A stretch of DNA of 23,627 nucleotides, taken from assembly GCF_006345805.1 (NCBI RefSeq), contig NW_021836604.1, positions 1-23,627 of the forward strand, given 5' to 3'. The position numbers and the translations under genes were made by a program. Shown in pieces: positions 21,091 to 23,627 of this stretch (the stretch's first letter is position 1; each line of letters opens with the position of its first letter). The notes beneath the pieces were generated by a model. It made no database searches and was not told the DNA's origin. It saw only the letters and a list, made by a program, of their open reading frames with translations. The DNA comes from Octopus sinensis. Lineage: Eukaryota.

Positions 21091-21494
21091 AGGAGTGGCT
21101 GTGTGGTAAGTAGCTTGTTTACCAACCACATGGTTCCGGGTTCAGTCCCACTGCGTGGCACCTTGGGCAAGTGTCTTCTACTATAGCCTCGGGCCGACCA
21201 AAGCCTTGTGAGTGGATTTGGTAGACGGAAACTGAAAGAAGCCCGTCGTATATATGTATATATATATATATATATATGCGTGTGTGTGTGTGTGTGTGTG
21301 TCTGTTTGTCCCCTAGCATTGCTTGACAGCCGATGCTGGTGTGTTTATGTCTCCGTTACTTAGCGGTTCGGCAAAAAGAGACCGATAGAATAAGTACTGG
21401 GCTTACAAAAGATAAGTCCCGGGGTCGAGTTGCTCGATTAAGGCGGTGCTCCAGCATGGCCGCAGTCAATGACTGAAGCAAGTAAAAGAGTAAA
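21091..21494 (+). mobile_element. SINE family B, full length with internal microsatellite
   Basis: A-box-like TGGCTGTGTGGT, B-box-like GGTTCAGTCCC, CCTTGGGCAAGT, internal (TA)(TG), tail GGCGGTGCTCCAGCATGGCCGCAGTC..AAGTAAAAGAG. Confidence 0.92.
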
Positions 21495-21503
21495 GCGTAT
21501 ATA

Positions 21504-21544
<41 letters not shown>

Positions 21545-21554
21545 GTTTATGTGT

Positions 21555-21750
21555 GTGTTTGTATGTCTCATTTTGTCCCACCACCATCACTTGACAACCG
21601 ATGCTCGTGTGTTTATGTCCCCGTAACCTTAGCGGTTCGGCAAAATACACTGATAGAATAAGTACTAAGCATACAAAGAATAAGTTCTGGGGTCGATTTG
21701 TTCGACTAAAGGCGGTGCTCCAGCATGGCCGCAGTCAAATTACTAAAATA
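21555..21750 (+). mobile_element. SINE family B 3' half
   Basis: Aligns to 21295-21485. Confidence 0.88.
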
Positions 21751-21879
21751 TATAAATGAATATATATATACATACATACATACATACATACATACTTATA
21801 CAAATCCATAAGTGTATGTGTGTCCATACACGCACCTATGTGAGTGTGTGTGTCCATACATGCATCTATATGTGTGTTT

Positions 21880-22126
21880 GTAGGCAGGTAAAGGTGTGTC
21901 CGCGTGGTTCGAGTGTTTTTTTTATCTCCCAACGTTATACCGCTCTCTTCATCACCCTCTCCCCTTCCTCACCGCCTCCTTCACTTATTTCTCCGTGAGC
22001 AGACAGTCCGCGACTGGCTTCAGGTGTGTCTAGCAGGAGGAACAGGCGGAAGTGATAACAACAAACAAACAACAACATTAGAAAGGCCGCGCTGTCTCTG
22101 TCCCACCCACCACCACCACCACCACC

Positions 22127-22160
<34 letters not shown>

Positions 22161-22240
22161 TTACTGCCATCGTTATTAGTATTATCGCTTGAGCCGCGGC
22201 CGACATCAGCAGTAAACGCACTACGCCACCCGAAGTACTA
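21880..22240 (+). promoter_or_regulatory. Candidate promoter or 5' UTR start, CpG-enriched
   Basis: Non-repeat GC/CpG-rich segment with a pyrimidine tract and an ETS-like GCGGAAGTG (22046-22054), upstream of a long ATG-free stretch and a strong donor site. Confidence 0.4.
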
Positions 22241-22556
22241 CCACCACCACCACCACCACCACCACCACCACCACCACTACAACAACTACTACTACTACTA
22301 CTACTACTACCACTACCACCACCACCACTACTACAACAACAACAACTACTACTACTACTATCACTATCACCATCAACAATATCATCACCACCACCACCAC
22401 CACCACCACCACCACCACCACCACTGTCACCTCCACTACTATCTTCAAACCTAACAGCTACCCCCTTACACCGCCACCACCACCACCACCCAGAATAACC
22501 AATAACGAACTCTAATCATTAATACCATTAACATCACCACCATCCTACCTACCATC

Positions 22557-22588
<32 letters not shown>

Positions 22589-22680
22589 CGCCGCCACCTC
22601 TGCTGCAGCCGCCACCACACCATTATCTCATAATCAGCAGCAACACCAACGCCAATACCAACAACAACAGCAACAACACG
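22104..22680. repeat. (CAC)n/(TAC)n/(CAA)n trinucleotide arrays
   Basis: Direct reading. Confidence 0.95.
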
Positions 22681-22935
22681 GTGGAGCGCCAATCTCTTTT
22701 GTCACCGTCGTCGTTTATTAAAACACCTGGTTTCTTTTTATTCTATATAATAATTAGACAATCACATCAAACGGTTTTCTTGGCCAGCATCAGTGAGGTA
22801 AAAAAAAAGAAAAAGAAAAAGAAAAAGAAAAAAAGGAAACAGCGACCCCGGCAGGATCAGGATTCGGAGACCCCGAGGAGAGAGAGTAAGGAAAGGAAAT
22901 CACAAAGTTAAATTAAAGCTGAAGAAGAGTCCCAA

Positions 22936-22957
22936 ATGAAGATCTTACATTTCAGAG
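22936..22957 (+). CDS. Probable first coding exon of an unidentified gene (MKILHFR + G, phase 1)
   Basis: First plus-strand ATG since 21870; in-frame stop upstream at 22909; consensus donor GAG|GTGAGT at 22957/22958. No downstream exon seen in the window. Confidence 0.5.
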
Positions 22958-23181
22958 GTGAGTGGCATTTGTGTACAGGAAAGTTTTTTTTTTTACGAGT
23001 CGCTTCGGATACGGGGAACACACACACAAAAAAAAAAATATTGGATTTTCTCTGTTTATGAAAACGTGTTGATGTTTGTGCGAAAGTTTAATTGATGTGT
23101 CCGTTTGCGTGTGTCAGTACACACACACACACACACACACAAACACGTACATACATACATGCATACATACATATTAATATT

Positions 23182-23346
23182 AGGCGCAGGAGTGGCTGCG
23201 CAGTAAGGAGCTTGCTTACTAACCACATGGTTCCGGGTTCAGTCCCATTGCGAGACACTATGGGCAGGTGTCTTCTACTATAGCCTCGGGCCGGCCAAAG
23301 CCTTGTGAGTAGATTTGGTAGACGGAAACTGAAAGAATCCTGTCGT
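23182..23346 (+). mobile_element. SINE family B 5' half
   Basis: AGGCGCAGGAGTGGCTG head through GGAAACTGAAAGAATCCTGTCG(TA)n. Confidence 0.9.
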
Positions 23347-23385
23347 ATATATATATATATATTTGATTTACAGGTATTATATATT

Positions 23386-23460
23386 AGAAGAAATAAGGTG
23401 GTACTCAGAATTCTGAGTACCTTGTTTCTTTGTACCTTTCTGAGTACCTTATCTTCTTCC
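23386..23460. repeat. Small palindromic element in a (TA)n array
   Basis: Perfect 22-nt palindrome GGTACTCAGAATTCTGAGTACC (23400-23421) and a second TTCTGAGTACCTT arm at 23438-23450. Confidence 0.8.
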
Positions 23461-23464
23461 AACA

Positions 23465-23467
23465 TAA

Positions 23468-23505
<38 letters not shown>

Positions 23506-23547
23506 CATGTATATGTATATGTATAGTATATGTATATGTATAATATA

Positions 23548-23599
<52 letters not shown>

Positions 23600-23627
23600 T
23601 GTATATGTATATGTATATGTATATCTC
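23465..23627. repeat. (TA)n/(TATATG)n array
   Basis: Direct reading. Confidence 0.97.

Noticed and set aside
22921-22957. Resemblance of SQMKILHF to G-protein alpha KQMKILH
   Set aside because: The GxGESGKST P-loop is absent and there is an in-frame stop 27 nt upstream of the ATG; a chance short match.

Overview
AT-rich, microsatellite-dense eukaryotic DNA, almost certainly from an octopus or other coleoid cephalopod. That assignment comes from my recognition of the SINE families and the TA/TATG/GATA load; I did not run a search. No intact protein-coding gene lies inside the window, and most ORF-track entries are translated microsatellites. Recognisable content: a near-full-length decayed L1-clade (Tx1-like) LINE (APE-RT-CCHC); a decayed Tc1 DD34E transposase and a Tc1-type MITE; two non-autonomous Helitrons; a Dong/R4-type endonuclease relic; three SINE-like families; and Penelope-like foldback elements carrying hammerhead-ribozyme-like cores. 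It also holds a U6 snRNA retrocopy, a local duplication and a probable first coding exon near the right end. The most notable observations are: (1) a U6 retrocopy with a foreign 3' tail, inserted into a SINE A-box with an 18-bp target-site duplication (TSD); (2) the Tx1-like LINE splitting a second SINE head, with a degenerate 15-bp TSD and an apparent twin-priming 5' inversion; (3) inverted pairs of minimal hammerhead motifs with a CCGACGA core sitting in (TA)n arrays.
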